DNA of 64,000 nt from Scyliorhinus canicula (lineage: Eukaryota), in assembly GCF_902713615.1 (NCBI RefSeq), contig NC_052159.1, forward strand, positions 11,358,018-11,422,017, given 5' to 3'. The notes under the pieces were generated by a model. The model was not told the origin of the DNA, did no database searches, and saw only the letters and a list, made by a program, of their open reading frames with translations. Both the position numbers and the translations under genes were made by a program. Below are positions 12,040-25,445 of the stretch, piece after piece (the stretch's first letter is position 1; each line of letters begins with the position of its first letter).

Positions 12040-13115
12040 CTTTTACTCCTATCTATGATCCCTTGTGCTAGGCTTCTCAATCACCTGCGGACAGACTGAT
12101 TTTATCTACTTTGCCCTGAGTCTTCATAATTTTAACACATCGATCATGTCACTGATGATCTCTTCTAGTCCAGTGAAAACAGTGACATTTTTCTGGTCTT
12201 GTAGTTTTAGTTGCTTAAAACAGACACAACCCGAGTGAACCTGCACTGTTGGTTGGATGTTATCCCCCACTGTCCACGCCATCGGGCAACTGACCCACCA
12301 CCTCACCCATGCCTGACTCTCGTCATAGCTGAAACACTCCAACCCAGGCAACGTCCTGATGAATCTCTGCATCCTCTACAGTGCAATCACATCCTTCCTA
12401 TAGTGTGGTGACCGGAAGTACACACAGTATTCTAGCTGTGACCTAACAAACTTTTTATACAGCACCGTCATTGCTTCCATGCTCTTATATTCTATGCCTT
12501 GTCTAATAAATGCAAGTACCCATGTGCCTTCTGAACCACCTGTCCTGCTGCCTTCAGGGGTCTTTGGGCATGCGACCCAAGGTGCCTCTGCTCCTCTGTC
12601 CTTCCTAGCATCCCACCATCCATTGTGAAATGAAAATGAAAATCGCTTATTGTCACAAGTAGGCTTCAAAGGAAGTTACTGTGAAAAGCCCCTAGGCGCC
12701 ACATTCCGGCACCTGTTCGGGGAGGCTGATCCAGGAATTGAACCGTGCTGCTAGCCTGCCTTGGTCTGCTTTCAAAGCCAGCGATTTAGCCCTGTGCTAA
12801 ACAAGTCCCTTGCCATGTCAATCCTCCCAATATGCACTATCTCACACTTTCCAGGATTAAATTCCATTTGCCAGTATTCTGCTCATCTGACCAGCCCCTC
12901 TATATCGTCCTGTAATTAGCTGTTCAACATAACACCAATTTTGTGATGTCTCCATGTGTGTTTGTGTTAGCTTGTGTGTGACTATGATGACACCTGTGTC
13001 TACGTGTGCATCTGTGAATGTTATTATTACTATAACTTACTATCATACCACCAACATTCACATCTAGATCATTAATGTACACTACAAACAGCAAGGCACC
13101 CAGCACTGATCCCTG
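12040..13115 (-). mobile_element. Decayed CR1 RT fragments interrupted by a family B SINE (12626-12810)
   Basis: ORFs 12376-12669 (LEYCVYFRSPHYRKD) and 12924-13106 (LFVVYINDLD). Confidence 0.75.
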
Positions 13116-13118
13116 CGG

Positions 13119-13408
13119 TAATAATAATAATCTTCATTATCGTCACAAGTAGGATTACATTAACACACAATGAAGTTACTGTGAAAATCTCCTCGTCGCC
13201 ACATTCCGGCGCCTGTTTGGGTACACTGAGGGAGAATTCAGAATGTCCAATTCACCTAACAAGCACGTCTTTCGGGACGTGTGGGAGGAAACCGGAGCAC
13301 CCGGAGGAATCAGGGGAGAACATGCAGACTCTGCACAGACAGTGACCCAAGCGGGAATCAAACCCAGGCCCCTGGCGCTGTGAAGCAACAGCGCTAACCA
13401 CTGTGCTA
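13119..13408 (-). mobile_element. Chimeric SINE (family C: HE1-type head and V-domain with a family-B-like 3' tail)
   Basis: The reverse complement contains the V-domain, then gtacccaaacaggcgccggaatgtggcgac...cacagtaacttcatt. Further copies lie at 32639-32943, 43619-43922 and 46752-46912. Confidence 0.8.
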
Positions 13409-15892
13409 TGGGTACATTACTGGCAAAGGCTTCCAATCAGAAATCAACCTTCGACCATTACCCTCTGCCTCCTGTCACTAATTCAATTTTGGATCTAATT
13501 TTCCAAATTGCTCTGGATCCGTGGGCTCTTACCTCCTTGACCAGTCTCCCACATGTGAACTTGTCAAATGTGTAACTGAAGTTCATGCAGACTAAATCAA
13601 ATGCACTGCACACGTACACACAGTGGTCACCTTGCAAAATTAAATTTATGAAACATTGGGTGAAATCTCCGTTTGGGAAACTATGTTCTCTCGACAGAGG
13701 TGAATTGCAACTGATTCGTGCTCCCACTGGATCAGGATGCAATTCACTATCTTCGCCTCACGAAGGATTCCTGAGGGAATTCTGCCATCAGGCCACCATT
13801 TTAAGCGGGCGGCTTGATAGCGAGGTCCCACTGCTGCTCCCCCCCCAACCCATTGCATCGCAAATCAGCCACCCCACCCCTGTATTTTCTGGGCCCCTCC
13901 TTCCCCCAAGTATGCGGGGTTGACCCGCCCAGCCCGAGACCCGCTAAATAGCCCCCCCCCCAGAAATGAGACCCACGTCATAAAGATCCCAGGAAAGAGA
14001 AATATGTCAGGAACCCCCCAGAAGAGACCCCTGTCTGGATGGTAGAGAGCAGTCCAGACAGAGGCAGTGAAAAAAAACTACTGTTGTAGCACTCACCTGG
14101 GCATACACCTGCTAGCTCAAACAGAGGAAGCACCAGATGTCAATTCCTGGGAAGAGAAGGCAGTGACCTGTGTTTAAACCCCTCAGATCCTTGAGCTGCA
14201 AACCATTCATTCATTTCCCTTACTGGGCTGTGATTGACAGCTTCCAAATACACACATACCTGCGAGCCTTGCTTCATTCATCTTCCTTCATGGTTTGTTA
14301 ACTCAGAAATGCTCTGACCTCAGTGTTTACAAACATCTACTATTTCCAAGAGAGTTACATACATTCTAATCACCCGCCCTTCACTCTTGAATGATTTTGA
14401 AGTGCTCAGCTGGAAATTTACAGCACTTAACCCTCTTTGAACTTTTTGGTGGACTTTAGGATCAACTCCCTGAAGTGGTTACTCCCTTGGCCTATTGCGA
14501 TATCCACCACATCAGGACCACGCTGGGAAATACCAGTAGTAAATCCTGACCACTTGATTCCCGACCCAGAGGACCGGAGAGTCACGCGGGCCTAGAGAAT
14601 ATGGTGCTTGACCCGCTAGGTTCATGGGCGCAAACTCCGATCCCGCCTTCAGTGGGGGGCCAGAGTTGCAAACAATCCCGTTTTACCCTGGATGTCCAAT
14701 TCTTTATTGCATCAGAAACCTCGCTACCAGTGGCAGGCAGAGGAAAATTTTTCCCATTATCTCCCCTTGACAAAGCCATGTTGACTATCCTTGATTAATC
14801 CTTGCCTCTTCAAGTGGAGATTAAGCCTGCCCTTCAGAATTTTTTCCAATAATTTCCCTACCACTGATGTTAGACTCCTGGCCTGCAATTACCTGATTTT
14901 CCCCGAATTACCTTCTTGAATAACGGTACCACATTTGTTCTCCTCTGGCACCTCTCCTGTGGCCAGAGAGGATTTGAGCCGCTGCAATCTGCCCTCAACT
15001 TCTGTTTAATTCAAAAAAGTGCAATGCCTGGACATGTTCTTTTTGTCTGCAGAGGACGGGTCACTGAATATGAACATATGTAGCTACTAGCAAATGTAAG
15101 TGCACTTTGTGAGCCCAACTGATAATCTTAAATTGGTTGTTAGTGTAATTTCAGCGCCATTTGAAATTTGGCATTCTTGCTTGCACCTGTCCTGATGTGT
15201 GCAAACCGAAAAACTTCAACAGCATGTCTTTTTTCAGCAATACACAAGCTCTGCCTGACCAAATGATTTATTTAGTACAGAGTTTAACGTTATTGCTTTC
15301 GGGATGGTGGTGGTGGAGTAGGGGATGCATGTCGGAGGAGCACTTGGCTAGAGGAGCAGAGGCATACCGCATATCCAGGATTTTCCTGCTGCTGGTCGAA
15401 GGGAGGAGAGGTTGTTGGTAAAAGTAATGGGTCACGACTTTCAATGAGGAGGAGGAAAAACGGCAGACCTGAAGGTCATGACAATGATGGTGATCAGGAC
15501 CGACACAGGAAATCTTATAATAAAGCTGATGCTGATCCTATCGTAGCTTATTGTCCAATGTATTGGTGTTTTATTATTGCAACACATTGTGATTTATTGC
15601 CATTGATTTTCCTTTAATACCAACAATTTTTATAAATGTCATATTTTGTTCTCTCAAACTCTTTTAATTTAGATTTACTTGTGACATTGGAGATTAGATC
15701 TTGAGAATACAGTATGTAAACTGTTCGCAATTTTTTCCCTCACCTATTGAAATAGCCAGGCTATAAAAATCCGGGTATTAACAAACGTTACCAATAAAAA
15801 TTCTTGGCCCACAACTTTTTAAAAGTGAAAATATTCCCCTCCTTATACCACCTCTTTCTGCAGTCACTACTTACAGGGATATGATATTTTAC

Positions 15893-17395
15893 ATTTATTC
15901 ATTCACGGCATGTAGGCTTCGCTGACTAGGCCAGAATTTTATTACCCATCACGATTTCCCCCATCAGAAGGTGGTGATGAGCTGCCTTCTTGAACTGCTG
16001 CAGTCCATGGGAGCAGGTACACCCACAGTGCTGTTAGGGAGGGAGTTCCATGGATTTTGACCCAGCGACAGTGAAGGAACGGCGATATATTTCCAAGTCA
16101 GGATGGTGAGTGACTTGGAGGGAAACTTCCAGGTGGTGGGGTTCCTATGCATCTGCGGCTCTTTCCTTCTACATGGTAGTGGTGATGGGTTTGGAAGGTG
16201 TTGTCTAAGGAACCTTGGCGAGTCTCTGCAATGCATCTTGTAGATCGTACACACGGCTGCCACTATGCGTCGGTGGTGGAGGGTTCGAATGTTTGTGTAT
16301 GTGGTGCCAGTCAAGCGGGCTGCTTTGCCCTGGATGGTGTCGAGCCTCTTGAGTGTTGTTGGAGCTGCACTCATCCAGGCAAGTGGGGAGTATTCCATCA
16401 CACTCCTGACTTGCGCCTTGTAGATCATGAACAGGCTTTGAGGAGTTAGGAGATGAGTTGCTCACCACAGGATTCCTAGCCTCCGAGCTGCTGTTGTTGT
16501 CCGAGTATTTATATGGATAGGTCCAGTTCAGTTTCTGGTCAATGGTAACTTCCAGGATGTTGATAGTGGGGGATTCAGCAATGGCAATGCCTTTGAATGT
16601 CAAGGAGCAATGGTTAGATCCTCTCTCGTTGGAGATGGTTATTGCCTGGCACTTGTGTGGCACGATTGTTACCTATCATTTGTCAGCCTAAGCCTGGATA
16701 TTGTCCATGCTTTATTGCATTTGGACATGGAGTGTTTCATTATCTGAATAATTGCGAATGGTGCTGAACATTGTGGATTCATCAGTGAACATCCCCATTT
16801 CTGACCCGATGATGAAGACCCTATGATGAAGAAAGATCATTGATGAAACAGCGGAAGATGGTTCAGTCTAGGACACTATCCTGAGGAATAGCAGCCATTA
16901 AATCCCCATGGACGACAAGGGTTGACTGACAATGACTTCAATCAGCTTCCTTTGTGCTAAATATAACTCCAAACGGTGGGGAGTTTTCCTCTAATTCCTT
17001 TTAACACTATTTTTGTACGGGCTCCTTGATGCCACACTCAGTCAAATTCTGCCCTGTTGAGAAGGACAGTCACTCTCACCTCACTCTTAAGTTCAGCTCT
17101 TTTGTCCATATCTTCACCAAGGCCGTAATGAGGTCAGGAACTGATGGAACCCAAGCAGAGTGTCAGGGAACAGATTATTGCAACGCACGTGCCGCTTGAT
17201 AGCACTGTTGACGACCTCTTGCAAAACTTTACCAATAATTGAGAGCAGCCTGATGGGACGTTAATTGGCTGGCTTGGGTTGTCCTGGTTTTTGTGTGCAA
17301 GAGATATTTAGGAAATGTTCCATATTGCTGGGTAGATGCCAGTTTTATGGCGGTGCTGCTTGGGAACAGATTCAATGGTGGACAAATCTTATTGA
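15893..17395 (-). mobile_element. Decayed CR1-group (L2/Crack-like) LINE, RT C-terminal half
   Basis: ORF 15964-16428 (YKAQVRSVMEYSPLAW..LDTIQGKAARL..HRRIVAAVCTIYKMH). Related pieces lie at 22430-24040 and 24200-24990. Confidence 0.75.
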
Positions 17396-17418
17396 AATTC
17401 TCCAATGTGACCTTTTTT

Positions 17419-18845
17419 TTAATATAATTTTTATTGGAATTTTTTACAGAAAATATAAAACATAACGACAAACAATGAAATGCAACAAAATAACCCATAA
17501 TAACTGTAACACCCCCAGACCGTATCGACGCATGTATCACATCCCCCCACCCCCCAACCCCAATGAACAACAAAGAACTTAAAAATAAATTAAAATTAAA
17601 TAAACAAACAACATAGTAATTGTCCGCCCCCCCCTCCCCCCCTTCCCCCCCCCTTTCCCCTCCCCCTTCCCCCCCTACCCCCCAGGTTGCTGCTGCTACT
17701 GTCCCTGTACCCTATCGTTGAGCCAGTAAGTCGAGAAAAGGTTGCCACCGCCTAAAGAACCCTTGTACCGACCCTCTCAGGGCGAATTTGACCTTCTCTA
17801 GCTTAATGAAACCCGCCATGTCATTGATCCAGGTCTCCACGCTTGGGGGCCTCACATCCTTCCATTGTAGCAAGATCCTTCGCCGGGCTACTAGGGACAC
17901 AAAGGCCAGCACACCGGCCTCTTTCGCCTCCTGCACTCCCGGCTCCACCCCAACCCCAAAAATCGCGGGTCCCCATCCTGGCTTGACCCTAGATCCCACC
18001 ACCCTCGACACCGTCCTCGCCACCCCCTTCCAGAACTCCTCCAGTGCCGGGCATGCCCAGAACATATGGGCATGGTTCGCTGGACTCCCCGAGCACCTGA
18101 CACACCTGTCTTCACCCCCAAAGAACCTACTCATCCTCGTCCCAGTCATGTGGGCCCGGTGCAGCACCTTGAATTGGATGAGGCTAAGCCGCGCACACGA
18201 GGAGGAAGAATTAACCCTCTCCAGGGCATCTGCCCATGTCCCGTCTTCAATCTGTTCCCCCAGTTCCCCCTCCCACTTAGCTTTCAGCACCTCTACTGAC
18301 GCCTCCTCCTCCTCCTGCATAACCTTGTAGATATCAGATATCTTCCCCTCTCCGACCCAGACCCCCAAAAGCACCCTGTCGCTCACCCCCCTCGCGGGAA
18401 GCGAAGGGAATCCCTCCACCTGCCGCCTAGAAAATGCCTTTACCTGCAGATACCTGAACATGTTCCCCGGGGGGAGCCCAAATATTTCCTCCAACTCCCC
18501 CAGGCTCGCAAACCTCCCATCAATAAACAGGTCCCTCAGCTGTCTGATGCCCGCTCTGTACCAACCCTGAAATCCCCCATCAATGTTCCCCGGGGCGAAC
18601 CTATGGTTCCCCCTTAACGGAGCCTCCATCGAGCCCCCCACTTCTCCCCTATGTCGCCTCCACTGCCCCCAAATCTTGAGGGTAGCCGCCACCACCGGAC
18701 TCGTGGTATACCTCGTAGGAGGGAGCGGCCATGGCGCCGTTACCAGGGCCCCCAGGCTTGTATCTCCATAGGACGCCCTCTCCATCCGTTTCCATGCTGC
18801 CCCCTCCCCCTCCATTACCCACTTGCGCACCATCGACACATTGGT
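17419..18845 (-). mobile_element. 5'-truncated L1-clade LINE with an uninterrupted 378-aa ORF2 C-terminal segment
   Basis: ORF 17712-18848 (CVRCSGSPANHAHMFWAC). TSD CAATGTGACCTTTTTT at 17403-17418 and 18846-18861, giving a TT/AAAA target on the minus strand. Confidence 0.92.
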
Positions 18846-19503
18846 CAATGTGACCTTTTTTAATAGGCATTAAATCCCATTGGGCCCAGGTTTGACCTTA
18901 TGAGATTTAGCAGGAGAAGCTACATAGAGGGGCTGGTTTAGCACAGTGGGCTAAACGGCTAACTTGTAAAGCAGAACAAGGCCAGCAGCGCGGGTTCAAT
19001 TCCTGTACCGACCTCCCCAAACAGGCGCCGGAATGTGGTGACTGGGGGCTTTTCACAGTAACTTCCTTTGAAGCCTACTTGTGACAATAAGCGATTTTCA
19101 TTTCATTTCATACTGAAAGTGCCAAGTCTGTAACAACTTCCCTCGGTTACCTCGTGCGACTTGATGAAAACAATTGCATGGTTTGGTACTGGAGAGCCGT
19201 GGCAACCTGTGGAACCCGGGGGATGGTTCCCATTGCTGTCCAGCCATTGTGAAAACCGCCCAGTTGCAGAAAAGAGAGACAGGCAGTCGAGGAGACGTAG
19301 CCCTCCTTGGTCCTATGCATCCCAGACCTGTGGATGGCCTGTTTTAGGCTACATCATCCATTAGCAGGTCTACGTAGGATTACCCTATACTCCAGAATTG
19401 GAGCGGAATCTCTGGGAACCAAAGGTTATTCTCCAGGACAATCCAAGAGATAAAACGTATCGTTGGGGCATTAAATAAAATCAGGACGTCAAGTGTAGTC
19501 ACT

Positions 19504-20722
19504 GGGCAGCACCGTAGCACAGTGGTTAGCACAGTTGCTTCACAGCTGCAGGGTCCCGGGTTTGATTCGCGGCTTGTGTCACTGTCTGTGCGGAGTCTGC
19601 ACGTTTTCCCCGTGTCTGCGTGGGTTTCCTCCGGGTGCTCTGGTTTCCTCCCACATTTCAAAGATGTGCAGGTTAGGTGGATTGGACATGCTAAATTGCG
19701 CTCAGTGTCCAAAAAGTTTAGATGCGGTTATGGTGTTGTTCTTTTTAATGGAGTACTATCCCACGAGCGTCACCAATAATGTTGCCAATCGGCAACGGAG
19801 TAATGTCGCCAATTAATAGTGATGCTCTTTAGAGTCGCCAGGAATCAAATGGTACCACCACAAGGCTTTACCGGATATTGATCAAAGGACCACACAACCA
19901 GTTAGTTAGTTCAAGTTCAAACATGGTTAATTTACACACAAGGATTACTTCGACATGCACCACAAAACACAAGTTAAACTACACCTAACAACTACAATAA
20001 CCTATACTTAACTTCAGGGCAAACTGGTCTATGCAAATGGACAAGGCCTTTGTCCGGATCTTGCGTGGTTGGGTGGAAGATGTGGCTCTGTTTCTGCTAG
20101 GCTCATCCATCTGGTAGCGATCGTTGGTCTTGAACTTGCCTGACTGGTCAATATGCTGCACTTGGGTTGGCATAGACTGGATCCAAGAGAGACCAAGCAC
20201 ATGGCTGCGTCTCTTCTTATCCCTCTGGGATTTCGCGCTCTTTGGGGCGGTCCTTAACTTGGATCCAATAATTCGACAAGCTTCGATCACTGCCTTCGAT
20301 TTTGGCCAATAAAGGGGCGGGTGCCTTGGTGGCTGGGCGTGTCCTGAGCGGTCATTGACCTTGGCTGTTTCGGCTTTCTTAGCAAAAGGAGTGACACCGA
20401 TTAGACTGTATCTGTATCGGTTACTTGAGTACAGTCCTTTTGTTCTGGGGAAATGGGCCATTAGAATGCAAACGAGTGGGGGTTTCGATTGCGTCTAGCT
20501 ATCTGGGTTGCAAATACACACACAAGCTCTGAGTGTGTCTGAGTCCTGGGTTGGCCATAATTCCCATGGTCCTTTGCAGGTGGCCATCTGAGATGGCTAC
20601 AACGGGTATAGGGTGGAGGTGGAGGTATGGGGAGAGTGCTCTTTCCAAGGACCGGTGCAGACGCGATGGGCCGAATGGTCTCCTTTTGCACTGTAAATTC
20701 TATGATCTATGATTCTATAATC
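19504..20722 (+). mobile_element. HE1-type SINE split by a solo LTR (SINE halves 19504-19733 and 20602-20722)
   Basis: The two halves join to give the normal SINE sequence. Confidence 0.85.
19734..20601 (-). mobile_element. Solo LTR, 868 bp (TGTTG...GCTACA)
   Basis: TG..CA termini and a 4-bp TSD ATGG/ACGG (one CpG-type change). Homologous along its length to 22660-23422. Orientation is tentative. Confidence 0.8.
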
Positions 20723-20907
20723 TATGTTTGCAACGTCAGAATCGCGGCAGCTAATTTGAACACAGCAAGCTCCCACAAACGGGTAAGCACAAACTGGGGA
20801 TTCTTTGTAAATACCATGCAGGGATTTATGTTAAGTCACCTATAAGCAGAAAAATTTTATCTTTGTAGATTTATCTTTGAAAGCTGACACTTTCTATTTC
20901 TTTTCAG

Positions 20908-20973
20908 GTTCTTCTCGCCAGTAGCTTTGTGCCATTTTATGCTGGGATCAAGCCAGTGCAGTATAAAGGAGAA
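20908..20973 (+). CDS. PNPLA4: PNPLA4 coding exon (VLLASSFVPFYAGIKPVQYKGE), 66 nt, phase 0-0
   Basis: tttcttttcag|GTT acceptor and GAA|gtgagt donor. Matches PNPLA4 VLLASSFVPIYAG...YKG. Confidence 0.95.
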
Positions 20974-21559
20974 GTGAGTACAAGTTGGTTCCTCTACAAT
21001 AGCGACGATTTGTTGTGTGCATTTTCTGTAGTTTAATTTAGAAGTATAACCTGTAAATGACTCATCAATTACTATTCTTTTTCAGCATATCTTCACACAC
21101 TTTGTTTTCTCTTTGGGGAATAGTGGGGGAAATGGTGGAAGGATTCCCGAGCTGATTATCAGCTTGCTGAACCGTGTTTATGAACGCTTCTTCTATGGCC
21201 AACAGGTCCTGGTGTTGGAATTGAACCAGGTGCTTCTGGTCCTGAGGTCGGGAGGCTTACTGCTGTGCCACAGGACGTGAGAACCTGAATTAACCTTTGT
21301 CTACGGCAAAGCCACCAGCAGCACTATAGAATTGGACACTTGAGGGCAGAAGTGCAGCAGGTTAGAACAAGAGTTGAATAAATTGAGGCAAGACGCAGGA
21401 CCAGGTCTTGCTGAGGCTGCCAAAATATGAAACGGGGAAGCTCTCCTAAGAATGTCTCTGTTTGTTGGAAGGCTGAAGTTACAGACTGAAATCACACTGC
21501 AATTTATTAATAACAAAAGTATTCCTCCTTCTGAGGGGATTACACAATCTGCTATTTTG

Positions 21560-21682
21560 ATGATGTGGAGATGCCGGCGTTGGACTGGGGTGAGCACAGT
21601 CAGAAGTCTTACAACACCAGGTGAAAGCCCAACAGGTTTGTTTCGAATCACTAGCTTTTGGAGCACTGCTCCTCCCTCACCT
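21560..21682 (-). mobile_element. Penelope-like element terminal fragment with a degenerate hammerhead region
   Basis: Reverse complement of 28529-28654. The GAAA core is changed to AAAA and the CUGANGA strand is disrupted. Confidence 0.65.
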
Positions 21683-22659
21683 GCCAGCAGCAGTATGGCT
21701 GAGATTAGAAGTAACCAGGGGATAAAACACAGGTTCCCATTGCATTGATGCTGCAGAGCACTAGGCCACCTGCCACCGTCCTCTCCTGAAATGCTTGACT
21801 TTCGATGAGATTCGAATCTTAAGGTTGTCCATTACATTGCCCAGTTGCCTGTTCCCATGTTCGTGCAGAATGTGCCAGGAGTTTTAGGGCAGCACAACAG
21901 TCAAGACCACACACACACGCACTTTCTCAGGGAGAGGTTGCGGCAAGAGAATGAGCCTTGCTCCTTTTTGGAACAGTGCAGGGAGTCAACACCTCTGACA
22001 GTGTAGCACTCCCTCAGGACTTTGCTGGAGTCTCAGCCCCAAATCATTTTTTCCTCAATATGCTGGTTGCTATTACCCCTAAATTCCTGAGTCAACGAGT
22101 GGAACACAATTTCAAACAATTCTATTCTCATCTTACATTTCTACCCTGATACTGAGTCAAGGATGCAGGATGACTCTTTTGTGAAGTGCTTTGGGTTGAC
22201 CGAATTGCATTGATTTTACAGCGCAGAAATAGGCCACCGGGTCCAAATGGTTTGTTCTGGTGTTTATGCACCACATGAGCTGCCTTCCACCTACTTCACC
22301 TCGCCCCATCAACACAGCCTTCTGTTTCTTTCACTTTCACATATTCATCCAACTTCCTCTTAATACGCCTATTTTATTCACCTCAACTACTCATTGCGGT
22401 AGCAAGTTAAATGTAAGGCACTTAAAAAATATATATTCTTTCTTGGGGTTTGGGCATCGCTGGCTAGCGAGGGTGAGCTACCATCTTAAGTCCATGTAGT
22501 GTAAGTACACCCACAGTGATGTAAGACAGGGAGCTCCAATAGTTTGACCCAGTGACAGTGAAGGAATGGTGATGTAGTTCCAAATCTGGATGATGTGTGG
22601 TTTGGAGGGGACGTCCAGGTGGTGGTGTTCCCAGGTATCTGCTGCCCTTGTGTTTCTAG

Positions 22660-23422
22660 TGTTGACTTCTTTATTTCTATGTGAACCACAAGCTGTTTCT
22701 TATATTGAGCAAATGACCACAAAACCAGTCTATTAGTTCAAAGACAGTTTATTAATAAACACAAGACTTATCTCTATATGCGATGATTCACGCGGCTACG
22801 CATTAGACTATACCTAATAACTAAGATGACCTTTACTTAACTTCGGGGTGACCGGCTCTGTGCGGGAGATAAGGCCTTTATCTGTGTCCACGTGGGTTGG
22901 TTGAAAATCATCAGGTTCGGCTCAGCTGGGCTCGTCCTTTAGGTAGTGATCGCGGGTCCTTGAACTTCGCTAGTTGATATGCTGCAATTGGTCGCACAGA
23001 GGCCGGTCCAAAAGAGGCCGATCACTTGGTTTGCAGTTCTTCTTATTCCCCTGGGTTTTCACACCCTTTGGGGAGGTCCTAACTCCAGATCTAATGGATC
23101 GATAGGGTTTCGATCACCCTCATTGATCCTGGCCAATTAGGGGGCGGATACCTCGATAGCTGGGCGGGTCCTAGCTGTCATTGTCCCAGGCACGTAGGCC
23201 TTTCCAAATAAGGGGAAGTGGCGCCGATTAGTCTGCTACTGTTGCCGTTCCTTGATTCAAGTTCTATTGTCCTGGGGAAAATGGTGATTGACCTTTAATA
23301 GGTGCAAGTTTCTGTCAGGTCTGGCATCTTTGCACAATACACAGATGCTGTGTACTTGTCTGTGCCCCAAGTTGACCACAATTCCCATGGTCATTTGCAG
23401 GTGGCCATTTTCGATGGCTACA
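22660..23422 (-). mobile_element. Solo LTR, 763 bp (TGTTG...GCTACA), inserted in a CR1-group LINE fragment
   Basis: TG..CA termini and a perfect 4-bp TSD CTAG at 22656-22659 and 23423-23426. Confidence 0.85.
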
Positions 23423-24380
23423 CTAGATGATAGAGGTTGTGGGGTTGGGAGGTGCTGTTGAAGGAACCTTGCTGAGTTGTCGCAGTGCATCTTGTAGATG
23501 GTACTCACAGCTGTCATTGTGCGTCGGTGGTACAGGGTTGAATGTTAAAGGTAGTTGATGGGGTGCCAATCACGCAGCTGCTTTGTCCTGGATGATGTTG
23601 AGCTTCTCTGGCTTTATTGGAGCTCCACTCATCCCGGAAATTCCATCACACTCCTTTAAAAAAAAATTTAGAGTAGCCAATTATTTTTCTTTTCCGATTT
23701 AGCGTGGCCAATCTACCTAACCTGCACATCTTTGGGTTGTGGGGATGAAACCCACGCATGTATGGGGAGAATGTGCAAACTCCACACGGACAGTGATCCA
23801 GGGCTGAGATTCGAACCCAGGTCCTCATCACCACAGTCCCAGTGCTGACCACTGTGCCACATGCCACCCATTCCTTATCACCACTGACCTGTGCCTTGGC
23901 GATGGTGGACAGGAGTCAGGAGGTGAGTTACTCGTTGTAGAATTTCCAGCCTCTGGCCTGCTCTTGTAGCCACAGCATTTATATGGCTCGTCCAAATCAG
24001 TTTCTGATCAATGGTAATTCCCCAGGATGGGGATTGCCACTCTGCTACTTTGTGGCTTTGCACAATTCAGGATTGAACTTGCCCTTTAGTTGACATTGGG
24101 CGTTTGTCACTGTACTTATTTTACAAAGAATCTAGATTTGATTCAAAGCCCTTTATCTAAAGTGAATGGACCTTTTTTGATCCAGAACAGTATTACGAGG
24201 GAACAATGGCATAGTGGTAATGTGACTAGAATTGTAATTCAGAGGTCCAGGCTCATGTTTTGGGTCAAGGGTTCAAATCCCACCACAGCAGCTGATGGAA
24301 TTTAAATTCAATTAATAATCTAGAATTAAAAAGCTAGTGGTGACCATTAAACCAGTGTTGTAAAAATCCATCTGGTTCGC

Positions 24381-24788
24381 TAGAATCATACAATCCCTAC
24401 AGTGCAGAAGGAGGCCATTCGGCCCATCAAATCTGCACCGACCCTTCAAATGAGCACTCTACCCCTGTCCACCCCACCTATCCCTGTAAACCCGTAACCT
24501 AACCTACACATCCCAGACACTAAGGGGCAATTTAGGTGGCCAATTTAGGCCTGGCCAATCCACCTAACCTGCACATCCCAGACACTAAGGGCCAATTTAG
24601 GCATGGCCAATCCACCTAACCTGCACATCTTTGGACTGTGAGAGGAAACCGGAGCACCCGGAGGAAACCCACGCAGACACCGGGAGATCGTACAAACCCC
24701 ACACAGACAGTGACCCAAGGCCAGAATTGAACCCCAGGTCCCTGGTGCTGGAAGACAACAGTGCTAACCACTGTGCCACCGTGCCACC
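24381..24788 (-). mobile_element. HE1-type SINE with an internal duplication, inserted in a LINE 3' end
   Basis: Duplicated ctaacctgcacatcccagacactaagg..caatttagg segment. Full head and tail are present. Confidence 0.8.
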
Positions 24789-25149
24789 TAATGTCCTTTG
24801 GGGAAGGAAATTTGTCATCCTTACCTGGTTTGGCCTACATGTGACTCCAGACCCAAAGCAACGTGGTTGACTCTTAACTACACTTTGGATTGGTATAAAA
24901 AGCCACTCATTCAAGGGTAATTGGGGTGGGTAACAAATGTTGGACTTGCCAGCGACACCCACATCCCATGGGCAAATAAAAAAAATGTAACAAACCCATC
25001 ATGACGATCAATGGATTACTCTGCTCTTTGAAACATAAAAATACTTTATCTTCGTGTTGGGAACCATAGAATCATACAGAACAGGAGGAAGCCATTCAAC
25101 TCCTCATGTCGTCAGAAGGCTGCATGTTCGGATCATGTTGAGGTCACAG

Positions 25150-25445
25150 AGGTTTGTGGCAGTCGTGGCTCTGCTGATAACTCTCTCGCCTCTGAGTTAC
25201 AAGGTTCTGGGTTCAAACTCCACTCCAGGACTGGAGCTGACGGTCCACTGCAGTACTGAGGGAGTGCTGCACTGTCGGAGGTATCATCTTTTTAATGACA
25301 TGTTGCATCAAGACACCTACTGACTTCTACATGGACATTAAAATTCGCATGGCATAGTTTCAAAGAAGAAAATTGGCTCCCTTGCCAATTTTTATCATTC
25401 TATCAACCTCACAAAATCAGATTATCTGGTCATTAACACATTGCT
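25150..25445 (+). mobile_element. Old LF-SINE-like tRNA SINE
   Basis: Contains tgcagtactgagggagtgctgcactgtcggagg and cagattatctggtcatt, blocks I recognise from the LF-SINE family. Confidence 0.7.

Noticed and set aside
19734-23422. A single provirus bounded by the two LTRs
   Set aside because: Each LTR has its own TSD, they are diverged, and the interval contains a host exon rather than gag/pol.
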